This document shows, piece by piece, positions 37,098 through 46,527 of a stretch of DNA of 64,000 nucleotides (position 1 is its first letter; each line of letters starts with the position of its first letter). A program made the position numbers and the translations under genes. The notes under the pieces are model-generated. The model was not told the DNA's origin. It worked only from the letters and a program-made list of their open reading frames with translations, and ran no database searches. This DNA is from a virus (Duplodnaviria > Caudoviricetes): IMG/VR virus record IMGVR_UViG_643692013_000008, positions 32,001 to 96,000 of that record, one strand, 5' to 3'.

Positions 37098-38147
37098 TTA
37101 CGCGCCGAGAAGCGTTTCGCGGCGCTGGTTGTAGGCCTCGTCGATGCGCGCGCGGTCAGCGTCGGACAGACCTTCTTCGCCGCGGAAGCCATCCATCGCG
37201 AGGTCGAGCACGTCAACGTCAGTGCATTTGCCGATCTCGGCGAGAATGGCGTCGATCGTCGGCATGACCGGTTCTTTCTGCTCTTGCTTCGGCTTCGTCG
37301 CCTTGCGCGCGGCCGCGCCGGCGGCGATGTCCTTGAGGTTCGTCGTCTCGCCAGCAGATACAGGCTGCTCGCCCATGTCGAACCATTCTTCCGGGCCGCT
37401 CATGCCGTCGCGCAGGCTCGCGTAGATGCGCTTGAGGGTGACAACTTGCGCGGGCGTGATCGCGTCCAGACGGCGCTGGATACGCTTCTCGATGTGCTCC
37501 TTTGTCACACCGAATCCGTCGAACGCGGCGATGATCTTCTGCACGGCCTCGGGCGACGTGTCGGCCTTCGCGTTCAGCGTCACGGCCGCCTGCTGCATGG
37601 CCGCGTCGACGACGTCGCCGGGAATCAGCGCGAGGATGCACGCTCGCACGCGGCGCTGCGCCTGGTTGGCGATCAGCTCGTAAATGTCTCGCTCGTCTTT
37701 GATCTGGTATCCGCCTTGCCGCGTGTCGCGCCAGTGACGCACGATGAACTGCAGGCGCTTCGTCGTGCGGCTTTCCAAATCGACGCAGAACGCTTCGACT
37801 TCCGAGAACGGGACGCCCTTCGCATCGACGCCGCGCGAGCGCTCGCGGAAACCCTGTTCGATGTTCCCCCACTGCTGCGCCATCGCCTCGGCCGCGCGGA
37901 TGCTTGGGCCGCTGATGTCGCTGCCGCCGCGCGAGAACTGGTATTGCGATTGCTCGGCAAGCGTCGGGCGCGTGAACGCGTTCAGGATCTTGTCGGTATT
38001 CGCGATGACGTCGCGCGGGAACTGCTGCGCCATCAGGTACTTGACTTGCGTTTCCGCGAGCTCGCGGCTCTGGTCCTGGCGAGCCCCGGCGGTATCAGCA
38101 ACGGCCGTGCTGCGGCCACCGAAGGGGGATGCGACGAGATCGTTCAT
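37098..38147 (-). CDS. Putative ssDNA-annealing/recombination protein
   Basis: Adjacent to the RecE-like nuclease; A..FPRD, RGG..I.GPSIR.AE..AQ.WGN; function inferred from position. Confidence 0.6.
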   Translation of the reverse strand: MNDLVASPFGGRSTAVADTAGARQDQSRELAETQVKYLMAQQFPRDVIANTDKILNAFTRPTLAEQSQYQFSRGGSDISGPSIRAAEAMAQQWGNIEQGFRERSRGVDAKGVPFSEVEAFCVDLESRTTKRLQFIVRHWRDTRQGGYQIKDERDIYELIANQAQRRVRACILALIPGDVVDAAMQQAAVTLNAKADTSPEAVQKIIAAFDGFGVTKEHIEKRIQRRLDAITPAQVVTLKRIYASLRDGMSGPEEWFDMGEQPVSAGETTNLKDIAAGAAARKATKPKQEQKEPVMPTIDAILAEIGKCTDVDVLDLAMDGFRGEEGLSDADRARIDEAYNQRRETLLGA

Positions 38148-38150
38148 GGT

Positions 38151-38957
38151 TCAGTCCTGAAAGGCCCATTGGGGCAAAGAGATGAGGGAAATATCGCGCG
38201 AGTAGCCGGGCCACTCGTTAGCTGCCGAGCAGCGTGCGTAGGTGGCGAGGTTGCGTCGGTAGTCCGCGCGGCCTTGCTCGAGCGAAATCTGGTCGAGCAT
38301 CACGGCACTGGCCGCGTAGGGCCATTCCGTCTCGACTGCGACGAAAATGAACGCAGCGACGTCCAGGCCGGACGCAGCGGCATATCCGTCCGTGTAGTAC
38401 GCCGCCTGGACGTGATAGCGCTTGCGTGCGGCCTGGCGACGGAATTCGTCGGGGTCAGCGCTACTGAACGTCTTCACGTCGAGCAGCACCACGGACGTGT
38501 TGTCGAGGTCATGCGCGAAGTCGGGCCGGCAACGGCACTCGACACCCGTCTCGGGATCGGTCCAGAATGCCGACACTTCAGCGTGGCCGCGGGACAGTGC
38601 ATCGCGCACGTCAGGTAGCGCGCGAACCGAATCCGATTGACGCCATGCGACGTCGGCTTGGTCCTGCTGGATCGCAATGCGGTCCGGATGAGCTTCGACG
38701 AACTCCGTCCACACCTTCGTGTTCCGGCGCACGCTCGGGCCGATGACGTAGCGCTTGCCGAACTCGTCAGGCTCGAGGATCGCGCAATGCGCAAGCTGGC
38801 CCTCCAGTTGCCCAGACTTCGTCTCGCGCGCCGGCCGGTTGGGATCGCGGTGCCGCGCATAGAAATGGAACGGAGACACGTCGATGTCATCCAGCTGCGA
38901 CTTGCTCACCGGCGCCATGGCGTGATACGCCTCGATCGACAGGTTGTATTCGAGCAT
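38151..38957 (-). CDS. RecE/exonuclease VIII-like PD-(D/E)XK nuclease (DUF3799)
   Basis: YHA..VSKSQL, H.AILEP, AEVS.FW.D..TG..CRCRPD, DVKT, YH.QAAYY. Confidence 0.88.
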   Translation of the reverse strand: MLEYNLSIEAYHAMAPVSKSQLDDIDVSPFHFYARHRDPNRPARETKSGQLEGQLAHCAILEPDEFGKRYVIGPSVRRNTKVWTEFVEAHPDRIAIQQDQADVAWRQSDSVRALPDVRDALSRGHAEVSAFWTDPETGVECRCRPDFAHDLDNTSVVLLDVKTFSSADPDEFRRQAARKRYHVQAAYYTDGYAAASGLDVAAFIFVAVETEWPYAASAVMLDQISLEQGRADYRRNLATYARCSAANEWPGYSRDISLISLPQWAFQD

Positions 38958-39130
38958 CACGCCACCTTCGCAGACGTGGGTTGAATGGGTTGCGGCGCCG
39001 ACTCGTGCGACACACCGAGATTCGGCAGCACGAGCCAGAGGAACAGGAGCAGTGCGAGCGCAGCGGTAATGCCGAGCCAGAGCGCGACGAGCTGCGCGAC
39101 GTTGCGCGCGGTGGTGCGAAGACGGTTCAC
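38957..39130 (-). CDS. Small membrane protein
   Basis: Coupled ORF with TM helix. Confidence 0.55.
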   Translation of the reverse strand: MNRLRTTARNVAQLVALWLGITAALALLLFLWLVLPNLGVSHESAPQPIQPTSAKVA

Positions 39131-39270
39131 AGCCAGCCTCCCGCGCGAAGTTGCACGCCGAGATACCATCCGAGGCCAATCACGACGCCGTAGCCGATCG
39201 CGAACAGCCACGCGAGGCCGCGGTTCACGCGCGCGGCTGCCAGAAGGTCGTTGTCGTTGGCGATTCGCAT
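39127..39270 (-). CDS. Small membrane protein
   Basis: Hand-read 47-aa ORF MRIANDNDLL..., GGAG RBS. Confidence 0.55.
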   Translation of the reverse strand: MRIANDNDLLAAARVNRGLAWLFAIGYGVVIGLGWYLGVQLRAGGWL

Positions 39271-39271
39271 C

Positions 39272-39631
39272 TCAGGCTCCTGCCTTCTCGAGCGCGGCTT
39301 GTGTCACCTCTATCGCACTCGTCATCAACTGGCCGACGAGACTGTTTTGATCGCCGTCGTCCATGTTGATGACATAAACTTCGATAGCTTCATGCGCTTT
39401 GCGCAGAGCCTCGACCAGCTCCGGCGCGGCCGCGAATTGGCGCGCAAGCGAAATGGTTTCTTGGACCGCTGCATCAAGCGCAGGTCCTATGCGTGTGCGC
39501 ATATCAATCCAAGCCTCTCCGGGGAGCCTCGTTTCGTCTGGGCGACGCGCCCATACGGTCGCGACAAGCTCCCCGTCTTGATCCCAAACGCGCTCTTTCT
39601 CGGCGATCAACTGCTGCTTGCTCTCGCTCAT
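39272..39631 (-). CDS. Hypothetical phage protein
   Basis: AAAPELVEAL...AALEKA motif. Confidence 0.7.
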   Translation of the reverse strand: MSESKQQLIAEKERVWDQDGELVATVWARRPDETRLPGEAWIDMRTRIGPALDAAVQETISLARQFAAAPELVEALRKAHEAIEVYVINMDDGDQNSLVGQLMTSAIEVTQAALEKAGA

Positions 39632-39655
39632 AAATCCCCCGGTGGTGTCAGTTGG

Positions 39656-39793
39656 TCAGTCGTCGTTGAGCGCTTCGATCAACGTTTCGATCTCGTCGAT
39701 GAGCGAACGCAGATCATCTTTCGTTTCTTCTTGCGATCGAGTCGTGTTTGAAAAGTAGTCCCGAACGGTTTCAATCAATTCGTCGTAGCTCAT
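39656..39793 (-). CDS. Small acidic protein
   Basis: 45-aa ORF. Confidence 0.5.
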   Translation of the reverse strand: MSYDELIETVRDYFSNTTRSQEETKDDLRSLIDEIETLIEALNDD

Positions 39794-39809
39794 AGCTAAC
39801 CTGTATTCG

Positions 39810-39882
39810 AAAAAGGGAGGCGCCATACAGGCCGCCACCGAAGAACGCCGCGCAATCCGAGGGCCACGCGCGGCGCTGAGAG
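39810..39882 (-). ncRNA. Conserved two-hairpin RNA element (copy 3)
   Basis: CGCCGCGC/GCGCGGCG stem with GGCCCTCGGA loop, then GGCGGCC..GGCGCCTCCC-TTTTT. Confidence 0.55.
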
Positions 39883-39887
39883 TCGAT

Positions 39888-40019
39888 TCAGCCGCGGTGG
39901 TGTTCGTCGTTCTGAATGCGATTGATAGCTCGCATGCCGGACCAGCAGATCAGCCCGAGCACGCCAGCAATGAGCGCGAAGGCGCCAACGCACGCGAGGA
40001 ATTCGTCGAGATCTGTCAT
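39888..40019 (-). CDS. Small membrane protein
   Basis: 43-aa ORF with TM helix; same context as 13031-13150. Confidence 0.5.
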   Translation of the reverse strand: MTDLDEFLACVGAFALIAGVLGLICWSGMRAINRIQNDEHHRG

Positions 40020-40363
40020 GATTCGTCGCGAAGTCTGACACCGCGGCGCGCTCTCGCCTCACGCGTCAGCCGGTCGTTTTCGTTGTCGATTTCTCGCTGC
40101 ACGAGGACGGCGAACTGGTTCCACAGGAGCGCGCCGATCGCTTTGAGATTCGCGTCGCTATCGTCCCTCGTGAGCAGATCGAAGAGCTCGCGCTCGACGT
40201 CCGGACGCTCATCAAGCAGGTCGTACAGTTCGTGCGGCAGGATCTTCTTCGCGAGGTATTCGGCCAGCGCATCGATGTCATCGTCCATCGCATCGTTGAA
40301 CTGCGCGTGCTGGCGACCGATCACGAACTCGCCAAGGCTCTCGGTGTGAGTGAGCGGGCGCAT
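40016..40363 (-). CDS. Hypothetical phage protein
   Basis: GAGG RBS, coupled. Confidence 0.65.
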   Translation of the reverse strand: MRPLTHTESLGEFVIGRQHAQFNDAMDDDIDALAEYLAKKILPHELYDLLDERPDVERELFDLLTRDDSDANLKAIGALLWNQFAVLVQREIDNENDRLTREARARRGVRLRDES

Positions 40364-40364
40364 G

Positions 40365-40883
40365 TCAGCCTCGCGCCTCTTCAAGCGCCTCGATCGCTGC
40401 CTCGACGGCGCACTCCATCGCGATACGCTCCCCCTGCGCATACTCGGCAGGCAGACCGTGATCCCAGTTTTGTCGGTAGCTGCGCAACGCATCGATCGCA
40501 ACATCAAACGCGTCGCGCTTCGACGCGCGGATCATGTCGTCGAGCCAGTCGATGCCGCTGTTGGGCACGCGCAGCGCGATCGCGGCGTAAGCACGGACGG
40601 ACATCCCTGTCTGCGAGCAGTTGCCATTTCTTGATCCGTTGTAATCGCCCGCTGCTCGTGGAAACGCTGGGCCGCCGTCGGCCGGCTTGCTGAGGCCCTC
40701 AGGGATTTCGCCGAGGTTCTTGCGCGCGACTTCCCGGTGGAAGAAGTTCTGCGCGGTCAGCTTCATGTTGATCGCGTCTTGGTTGAACTGGTCGGCGACC
40801 GGAAACTCGGCGATTGCGCGCAGAGTCGTCACGGCATCGACCGCCGGGTCGATGTGTTTGCTGCTCTCGTTGGTGGTGGTCAT
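40365..40883 (-). CDS. Hypothetical protein, first gene of pL operon B
   Basis: DGGPAFP...GMSVR.YAAI.LRVP.SG.DWLD.MI motif. Confidence 0.7.
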   Translation of the reverse strand: MTTTNESSKHIDPAVDAVTTLRAIAEFPVADQFNQDAINMKLTAQNFFHREVARKNLGEIPEGLSKPADGGPAFPRAAGDYNGSRNGNCSQTGMSVRAYAAIALRVPNSGIDWLDDMIRASKRDAFDVAIDALRSYRQNWDHGLPAEYAQGERIAMECAVEAAIEALEEARG

Positions 40884-40902
40884 CGCTGCCTCGTGTCGGT
40901 GG

Positions 40903-40955
40903 TGTGAAGTGTCGCTACACAGGAACGAGTATAGCGATACTTCTCCACGTGTCGA
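40903..40955 (-). promoter_or_regulatory. pL/oL of B
   Basis: TCGACA-16 bp-TATACT; operator-like GTGTAG-N5-CTTCAC also present at oR. Confidence 0.65.
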
Positions 40956-41035
40956 GCCTCGCTTCTCTTTTGAGCGCGATATGCGTGCGGCGCGACGGTC
41001 GCGCATCACATGGCGATGAGGAGGGAGCGAGGAAA

Positions 41036-41060
41036 GAAAAAGCCCCGCGCGGGGCGGGGC
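41036..41060 (-). terminator. Intrinsic terminator of the cI operon of B
   Basis: GCCCCGC...GCGGGGC followed by TTTTT on the minus strand. Confidence 0.7.
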
Positions 41061-41089
41061 CTACCATTGCAAATCGTCGGAAGATCAGT

Positions 41090-41758
41090 TCAGTGGCAGC
41101 GCGGTCGAAGCCGTCGCTCTACATCTTGGGAGGAAACCTTCGTTCGATAAACCTGCTGGACTTCGCCATACCAGGCGGAATAGTCAGATGCGGCAGCATG
41201 ATTACTTTCAAGCGCTTCGCGCATTCTGTTCATCGCGACATTCTGCGGTACGCCGTTGTCGCGCCACGTGGTAGCTAAAGATACTATCCCTATCGCGAGA
41301 TTGCACTTCTGCTGCTGCTCGCTGGGAAAGGATGGGATCCCTGAAGGCGCAGCGTCAGCGGCCAAGTTTGCGGCCTCCGGGCCACCGAGATAGCCGGCGC
41401 GCATATCGTCGATCACCGCCTTCAGAAGACTCCCGTCGCGCGGCCGAAATGTCTGTGGTCTTCCTCCATTATAAATATCCACAAATTCGCAATTGGCTTC
41501 ACACTCGATGTACATTGCCGTGCCGCCAGCAACCTCTAGCAATTGATGCTTTCCATTCGACACTCCGGAATAGCGGAAAAACACAACCTGTCCTGAATCG
41601 GCGTCGGTATAGCCATACATGCCATTCTTGACAAGGTCGTAGTGATAGGCTGTATGGATTGCCGACGATTCCGATTGATCTGATTTCGCATGCGATGCAC
41701 CAGCGTAGAAAATTGCAAAAATTCCGATCAAAAGGCTACCTATCCTATTCTTTTTCAT
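41090..41758 (-). CDS. Secreted/periplasmic protein probably co-transcribed with cI
   Basis: Signal peptide ending ASHA; lower GC. Confidence 0.75.
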   Translation of the reverse strand: MKKNRIGSLLIGIFAIFYAGASHAKSDQSESSAIHTAYHYDLVKNGMYGYTDADSGQVVFFRYSGVSNGKHQLLEVAGGTAMYIECEANCEFVDIYNGGRPQTFRPRDGSLLKAVIDDMRAGYLGGPEAANLAADAAPSGIPSFPSEQQQKCNLAIGIVSLATTWRDNGVPQNVAMNRMREALESNHAAASDYSAWYGEVQQVYRTKVSSQDVERRLRPRCH

Positions 41759-41780
41759 TCTGACTACCCCCGGAATGTTG

Positions 41781-42506
41781 TTAGAAATCCTCGCTCCGCC
41801 ACACCTTCAGCACGCGGCCGAGCACCTCGAAATTCATCCGCGGCGTAATGTCCCATGTCTCGTAGCTTGCGTTCTCAGATCGAGCACGAAGCACGAGGCC
41901 GCCTTCAGTCGGGATACGTTGCAGCCGCTTTATAAATCCTTCCCCGTCGACGCGAAAGAAATAAATCGCATCATACTCGACCAATTTGATCCCAACATCA
42001 ATTATCAAAGGATCACCAGGATTAAACATTGGACGCATCGAATCGCCGAATCCGGTAACTACGCATAAGTTTTCGACCGAACTGTAATTCTTCAGATTTT
42101 TATTGATCCACTCATGGCTAACGCGGAGTGTCTCAATAATTCCCGGTTGATCTCTCAGTTCAATTCCGCTACCCATGGCGCCGCCCGTGTCGAATCTGGA
42201 AATTTGGACGATATCAGATCGCAGGGGCGGCGCATCCAAGGTGTATCCATTATCTTCAGTAACCTCGTCATCGTCTGTAGGGGAGTCAGAACCGCCGATA
42301 TCGTGGCGGCGTTCGCCACTTAACAAAAACGCGATCGACGTCTTCAAGATGCGCGCGAGGCGCGGCAACTTGTCTTGATCAGGCCGTGTGGCACCACGCT
42401 CCCAAGACGCCACTGCGCTCCTCGAGATGCCGAACATGTCGCCGACCTGTTGAAGGGTCAGTCCGTGCGCCAGGCGCTTTTCACGAATTCTCGAACCAAT
42501 ATCCAT
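41781..42506 (-). CDS. cI: CI repressor (XRE HTH plus S24 peptidase)
   Basis: LTLQQVGDMFGISRSAVASWERG; GDSMRP; FIKRL. Confidence 0.93.
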   Translation of the reverse strand: MDIGSRIREKRLAHGLTLQQVGDMFGISRSAVASWERGATRPDQDKLPRLARILKTSIAFLLSGERRHDIGGSDSPTDDDEVTEDNGYTLDAPPLRSDIVQISRFDTGGAMGSGIELRDQPGIIETLRVSHEWINKNLKNYSSVENLCVVTGFGDSMRPMFNPGDPLIIDVGIKLVEYDAIYFFRVDGEGFIKRLQRIPTEGGLVLRARSENASYETWDITPRMNFEVLGRVLKVWRSEDF

Positions 42507-42507
42507 A

Positions 42508-42575
42508 GTGCAGTAAAACTTAACACTTGCTTGTGTAGTGTTGCTTCGCCTATCATGTGTAGCAACCCTTCACAT
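42508..42575. promoter_or_regulatory. oR/pR of B
   Basis: Three GTGYAG-N5-CTT motifs; TTGCTT-18 bp-TATCAT. Confidence 0.6.
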
Positions 42576-42590
42576 ACGAGGTGAAATGCC

Positions 42591-42872
42591 ATGGACGCAG
42601 AAGTCCACAACGACGAGCGCCAAGCCGAACTCAAGGACGCCGTGAAACAGGCCGGCGGCGCGTCCGCGCTTGCCGAGCATCTCGGCCTCTCGCGCGGCGC
42701 CATCTACGACTTCATCCGTCGCGGCAACTTCAACCCCGAGCACTGCCCGGAGATCGAGAAGTTCTCGCAGGGCAAGGTGAGGTGCGAGGTGCTAAACAAC
42801 CGCGTCGACTGGGCCTTCATTCGCGCCGCCGACGCCGCCAAGGCCGACGCCGCGGCAGGGGTGGGCGTATGA
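42591..42872 (+). CDS. cro: Cro/YdaS-like regulator
   Basis: AGGASALAEHLGLSRGAIY...CPEIE....V.CE.L...VDW. Confidence 0.85.
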   Translation: MDAEVHNDERQAELKDAVKQAGGASALAEHLGLSRGAIYDFIRRGNFNPEHCPEIEKFSQGKVRCEVLNNRVDWAFIRAADAAKADAAAGVGV

Positions 42873-43093
42873 GCGGCGTCCACTTCCTGTCTCGCGAAGA
42901 AGCAGCACGGATCCATGATCGGTGCCGCCCGCCCGAATACGTTCAGGTCCGCAGCATCACTGCTTCGTGGTTGGCGGGTCGAATGCTGCGATGGGCATAC
43001 CCAGGAATTTCTCGACATCTCGAAGACGGGACGCCAGTTCTCGTAAAGCTTCCGGAGTCAGGGCAACTCCTATTGCTAATTTCTGAGCGCTAG
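42869..43093 (+). CDS. Hypothetical protein overlapping an antisense gene
   Basis: ATGA-coupled to cro. Confidence 0.45.
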   Translation: MSGVHFLSREEAARIHDRCRPPEYVQVRSITASWLAGRMLRWAYPGISRHLEDGTPVLVKLPESGQLLLLISER

Positions 43094-43229
43094 GTCCGAT
43101 CGACACGTTGCCTTCGATGACAGCGTCCTTCTCGTAGGGGTTGAAATGAATAGTTATCGGCGCATCAAGCCGGATCGCAATCGACAAGTCGCCCAGACGG
43201 GTCGACGGTTTGCTTTCGTCATCAGTCAC
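42957..43229 (-). CDS. Antisense moron protein 1
   Basis: AAGGGG RBS, GTG start, TAGAAT -10 upstream. Confidence 0.6.
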   Translation of the reverse strand: MTDDESKPSTRLGDLSIAIRLDAPITIHFNPYEKDAVIEGNVSIGPSAQKLAIGVALTPEALRELASRLRDVEKFLGMPIAAFDPPTTKQ

Positions 43230-43321
43230 GGGAATCCCCTTGGTTGTGGGTTGAAAGGTTGTGGCGACCTCGATTCTACGACTGGGCGGGATTCCCACCT
43301 CGACGCGGCGGGAGCGGCGGT

Positions 43322-43570
43322 ATGAAGCGCGCATACGCCCGACTCGTTCTGTTTCTGATTCGCCCAGCCCTGGTCGAGCTCGAGCGTGAGCGCCTCGCCG
43401 AAAGCTCCAGGTCCTTCGAGGAATGGTGCGCGCGACTTGCTGCCGAGACCGTTATCGACCGCGCATCGGATCCGCTTGGGATCCGTTCTACCGAAGCATA
43501 TCGATCAGCCTTCTCGCGTGCGGCGAGAGGCGTTCTGACCAAGTTATCGGATTCGTCATGTTCCGGCTGA
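43322..43570 (+). CDS. Hypothetical protein
   Basis: MKRAYARLVLFLIRPAL N-terminus; GGAG RBS. Confidence 0.55.
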   Translation: MKRAYARLVLFLIRPALVELERERLAESSRSFEEWCARLAAETVIDRASDPLGIRSTEAYRSAFSRAARGVLTKLSDSSCSG

Positions 43571-43733
43571 CCGATTCGCGGGACTGCACCGCTGCGTTGA
43601 AGTGTTCCCTGAACACCTTTCGCTGTTCTGGCGTCTGCTGCCGGAGCACGACAGCCAAGGCCAGTTCCAAGACATCTACCTGGGCCGATAGCGCGGCGAT
43701 CTGCAGAGATTCTGGGGATCGATCTTCGTTCAT
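43488..43733 (-). CDS. Antisense moron protein 2
   Basis: AAGGAGG RBS, CAGAAT -10 upstream. Confidence 0.6.
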   Translation of the reverse strand: MNEDRSPESLQIAALSAQVDVLELALAVVLRQQTPEQRKVFREHFNAAVQSRESVSRNMTNPITWSERLSPHARRLIDMLR

Positions 43734-43899
43734 AGGAGCCTCCTTTCATGGGCTGGATTGACGTAGGGGTACGCGATTCTGACATGGCTGGAGGCTCCTC
43801 CTTTTGACGGTCGGCCGGGCGTTTCCCGGCTTTTATTTCGCCCGCGCGCCAACTGGGTAGGCAAGTGGGTACTCAACCGGGTCACGATTGATTTTTCGT

Positions 43900-44277
43900 A
43901 TGAAACAGACCGAATTCAGGATGTTCGCGCCGTGGGTTGATCCGGCCCGGCTGCCCGAGGCCGAGATCGAGGCGATGACGTTCGAAGAATGCCTCGCGGC
44001 TGCGCTGAAGATCGGCCTGCAGCGCTTCGATCGCAAAACGCTCGCGCGCTACTGCCGCATCCACTACCCACACTTCGCAGACACGATCGCCGGCAAGCGG
44101 CCGTTCCACGCAGTGAAGCTGAACGACTTCTGCATGTTCACCGGCTGCGATTACCCGCGGCAGTGGCTCGAGATCCAGGCTCGCCGGGCCGAGGAGCGCT
44201 ACAGAAACCTGAGCCAAGCCGCGGTCGGCGACTACGTTCAGCAGCTCTTTGGCGCGCGCGCCCTGGTGGCAGCATGA
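43900..44277 (+). CDS. CII-like HTH regulator
   Basis: DRKTLARYCRIHYPHFAD..AGKR HTH; position before the replication genes. Confidence 0.65.
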   Translation: MKQTEFRMFAPWVDPARLPEAEIEAMTFEECLAAALKIGLQRFDRKTLARYCRIHYPHFADTIAGKRPFHAVKLNDFCMFTGCDYPRQWLEIQARRAEERYRNLSQAAVGDYVQQLFGARALVAA

Positions 44278-44483
44278 CGCTCACACACCTCTCGCCGCGC
44301 GACGTCGGCAAGCCCTTCGCGATCAAGCTCGGCCGGCCGATGGTCTACCAGGGCTTCGAGCGCGGTCATCACCTGTTCATCTACCGCGACCCGCCGCGCG
44401 ACCACGTCGCCTATCGTCCCGACGAGCTCTGGATGATCGAGCGCGTGCGCCCGGCGGCCGCGCCTGTTCTCCCGGAGGCATGA
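44274..44483 (+). CDS. Hypothetical phage protein
   Basis: ATGA coupling. Confidence 0.55.
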   Translation: MTLTHLSPRDVGKPFAIKLGRPMVYQGFERGHHLFIYRDPPRDHVAYRPDELWMIERVRPAAAPVLPEA

Positions 44484-44575
44484 ACCATGGACCCGAAGAT
44501 CATTGTCATCGCGGGCGCCGTCGGCGTGTTCGCAGCGCTTTGCGGCGCGCTCATGCGCGTGTTGCGGGGTCGGGC

Positions 44576-44752
44576 GTGAGCCGCTGGCAGCCGACCGAAG
44601 TGCAGATGCTGGTGCGCGAGACGCCGCGCGCGCGGTCCGCCGCGCACGTCTGCTGCCTGTTTCCCCGCCATTCCGAAGACGGCGTGCGTCGCAAGGCGTA
44701 TCGCCTCGGCTTGCCGTGGCCGCGCGCGCGCCGCGCAGGAAAGAAATCATGA
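44576..44752 (+). CDS. Small HTH-like protein
   Basis: W...E...L...RHS...VR.KA.RLGL. Confidence 0.55.
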   Translation: MSRWQPTEVQMLVRETPRARSAAHVCCLFPRHSEDGVRRKAYRLGLPWPRARRAGKKS

Positions 44753-45780
44753 ACGACCTCCCGAATCCCCTCACCCCGGCAGATTGCGACCTGCGCGATT
44801 TCCCGTTCATGCCGCTCGATGTGCAGCGGCTGTGCGACAGCGATCTCGCCGCGCTGGAATCGCCGGAAGCATGCTGGGCCGCGCTGCTGCTCTGGAGTAA
44901 ATCGTGGCACCAGGTGCCGGCTGCCAGCCTGCCGGACGACGACCGCGTGCTCGCCAAGTTCACCGGTTACCAGCGCGCACCCGCCGCATGGCAAGCGATC
45001 CGCGAAGGCGCGCTGCGCGGTTGGATCAAGTGCAGCGACGGCCGGCTCTATCACCCCGTCGTCGCCGAGAAGGCGAACGAGGGATGGTTCGCGAAGCACC
45101 GCCAGGCACACGACAAGCTCTGCGAGCGCGTGCGGAAGCGCAACAAGACGCGGGCCGAAGCCGGCCTAGTTCCGCTGGAAGTCCCTGAACTTGAACAGTG
45201 GATCGACGCCGGCTGTCCTCTGGAAAAGGCTTTGTTTCCTGAGGAATTTAGGACTGCTTCCGTCGGAAAGCCGGATGCTTCCACCGGAACGAAGAAAGAT
45301 TTCCAGCGGAACGGCGACGGAATTCCGCCGGAAAACGCTCTTAAAGGAAAGGAAGGGAAGGGACAGGGAGAAGTAAACCCCAGTGGTTCTAGCACGCGCA
45401 GTACCGACAACCTCGCGGGCGAGCGTGTGAGACCCGGCGAATTGTCGGCCGCCATGCGCCGCCACAGCATCGAAGCGCAGCCCGGCGATCCGCGTGTGAT
45501 CGCGGCTGCTGACGCTGGCGTGACGGTCGAGACGATCGAGGCTGCGTGCTTCGAGGCAAAGGCCTCGAAGCCGAATGAGCGCATCCCGGCCGCCTACGTG
45601 CTGTCGATCGCCACGCGCTGGACGGCCGACGCAACGAAGCCACCGGCTGCCCGCTCGCCGCAGCACCCTCCCCGCCAGACCCCCGAAGAGCGCCGCCGCG
45701 CGATCAGCGAGGCGAACGCAGCCGCATTCCTCGCCGGTGTCCCGACCGACGATCCCAACGTCATCGACATGGAGAGCTGA
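44749..45780 (+). CDS. Replication initiator (DUF1376/YdaU-like)
   Basis: DLRDFPFMPLDV.RL.DS, SWHQVPAASLPDDD, DGRLYHPVV; GGAA/TTCC-rich ori-like tract ~45220-45380. Confidence 0.8.
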   Translation: MNDLPNPLTPADCDLRDFPFMPLDVQRLCDSDLAALESPEACWAALLLWSKSWHQVPAASLPDDDRVLAKFTGYQRAPAAWQAIREGALRGWIKCSDGRLYHPVVAEKANEGWFAKHRQAHDKLCERVRKRNKTRAEAGLVPLEVPELEQWIDAGCPLEKALFPEEFRTASVGKPDASTGTKKDFQRNGDGIPPENALKGKEGKGQGEVNPSGSSTRSTDNLAGERVRPGELSAAMRRHSIEAQPGDPRVIAAADAGVTVETIEAACFEAKASKPNERIPAAYVLSIATRWTADATKPPAARSPQHPPRQTPEERRRAISEANAAAFLAGVPTDDPNVIDMES

Positions 45781-45783
45781 CCC

Positions 45784-46527
45784 ATGAACGACCACGACAA
45801 GCGCGAATTCATGGCCGAGCTGAACCTCGCCTTCGAAGCCGCCCGCCAGCCACTGCCGAGCCCCCAGGTGCTCCGGCTGTTCTTCGACCGCCTGATGCCC
45901 TATCCGCTGCCGATGGTCGTGAACGCGATCCACCGGCACATCGACACGTGCGAGTTCGCCCCGACCCCCGCCGGCCTGCTCAAGCACCTCCCGAAGCCAT
46001 CCGACGGCCGGCCCGGACCCGACGAAGCCTGGGCGATCGCCATCCGCAGCGCCGACGAGCGCGAGACGGTCGTGTGGACCCAGGAGATCGCCGAGGCCTG
46101 GACCATCGCGCAGCCCGTGTTCGACGGTGACGAGATCGGTGGCCGAATGGCCTTCAAGGACGCCTATACGCGCATTTGCGAGCGAAATCGGCAGCTTGGC
46201 GTGGCCCCGCAGTGGTCGGTGAGCCAGGGATTCGACGCCGAGCGACGCCTCGAAGTCGTCCAGCAAGCCGTGCAGGCCGGACGCCTCGCGCTGCCCCAGG
46301 CGCAGGCCGCTGTTCCCCTCCTGGCCGGGGAAAGCGATCCGGCACCAACTGTCGATGTCGAGGCGAATCTGGCGCGGTTGAAAGCGATGGTGGCGGGGAT
46401 TGGGAGCGCGCGCGACCGTTCCGCCGCCCAGAAAGCGGCCCTCGCACGTGAGGGCGCCGAGGACCTGGCCGACGCGAAGCGCGAGACGGCGCGGCGCGTG
46501 GCGGCTTACGAAGGAGCTCAGGCATGA
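45784..46527 (+). CDS. Replication accessory (P-like/helicase loader) protein
   Basis: FAPTPA, DGRPGPDEAWA, ARMAF-like motif; follows the initiator. Confidence 0.65.
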   Translation: MNDHDKREFMAELNLAFEAARQPLPSPQVLRLFFDRLMPYPLPMVVNAIHRHIDTCEFAPTPAGLLKHLPKPSDGRPGPDEAWAIAIRSADERETVVWTQEIAEAWTIAQPVFDGDEIGGRMAFKDAYTRICERNRQLGVAPQWSVSQGFDAERRLEVVQQAVQAGRLALPQAQAAVPLLAGESDPAPTVDVEANLARLKAMVAGIGSARDRSAAQKAALAREGAEDLADAKRETARRVAAYEGAQA

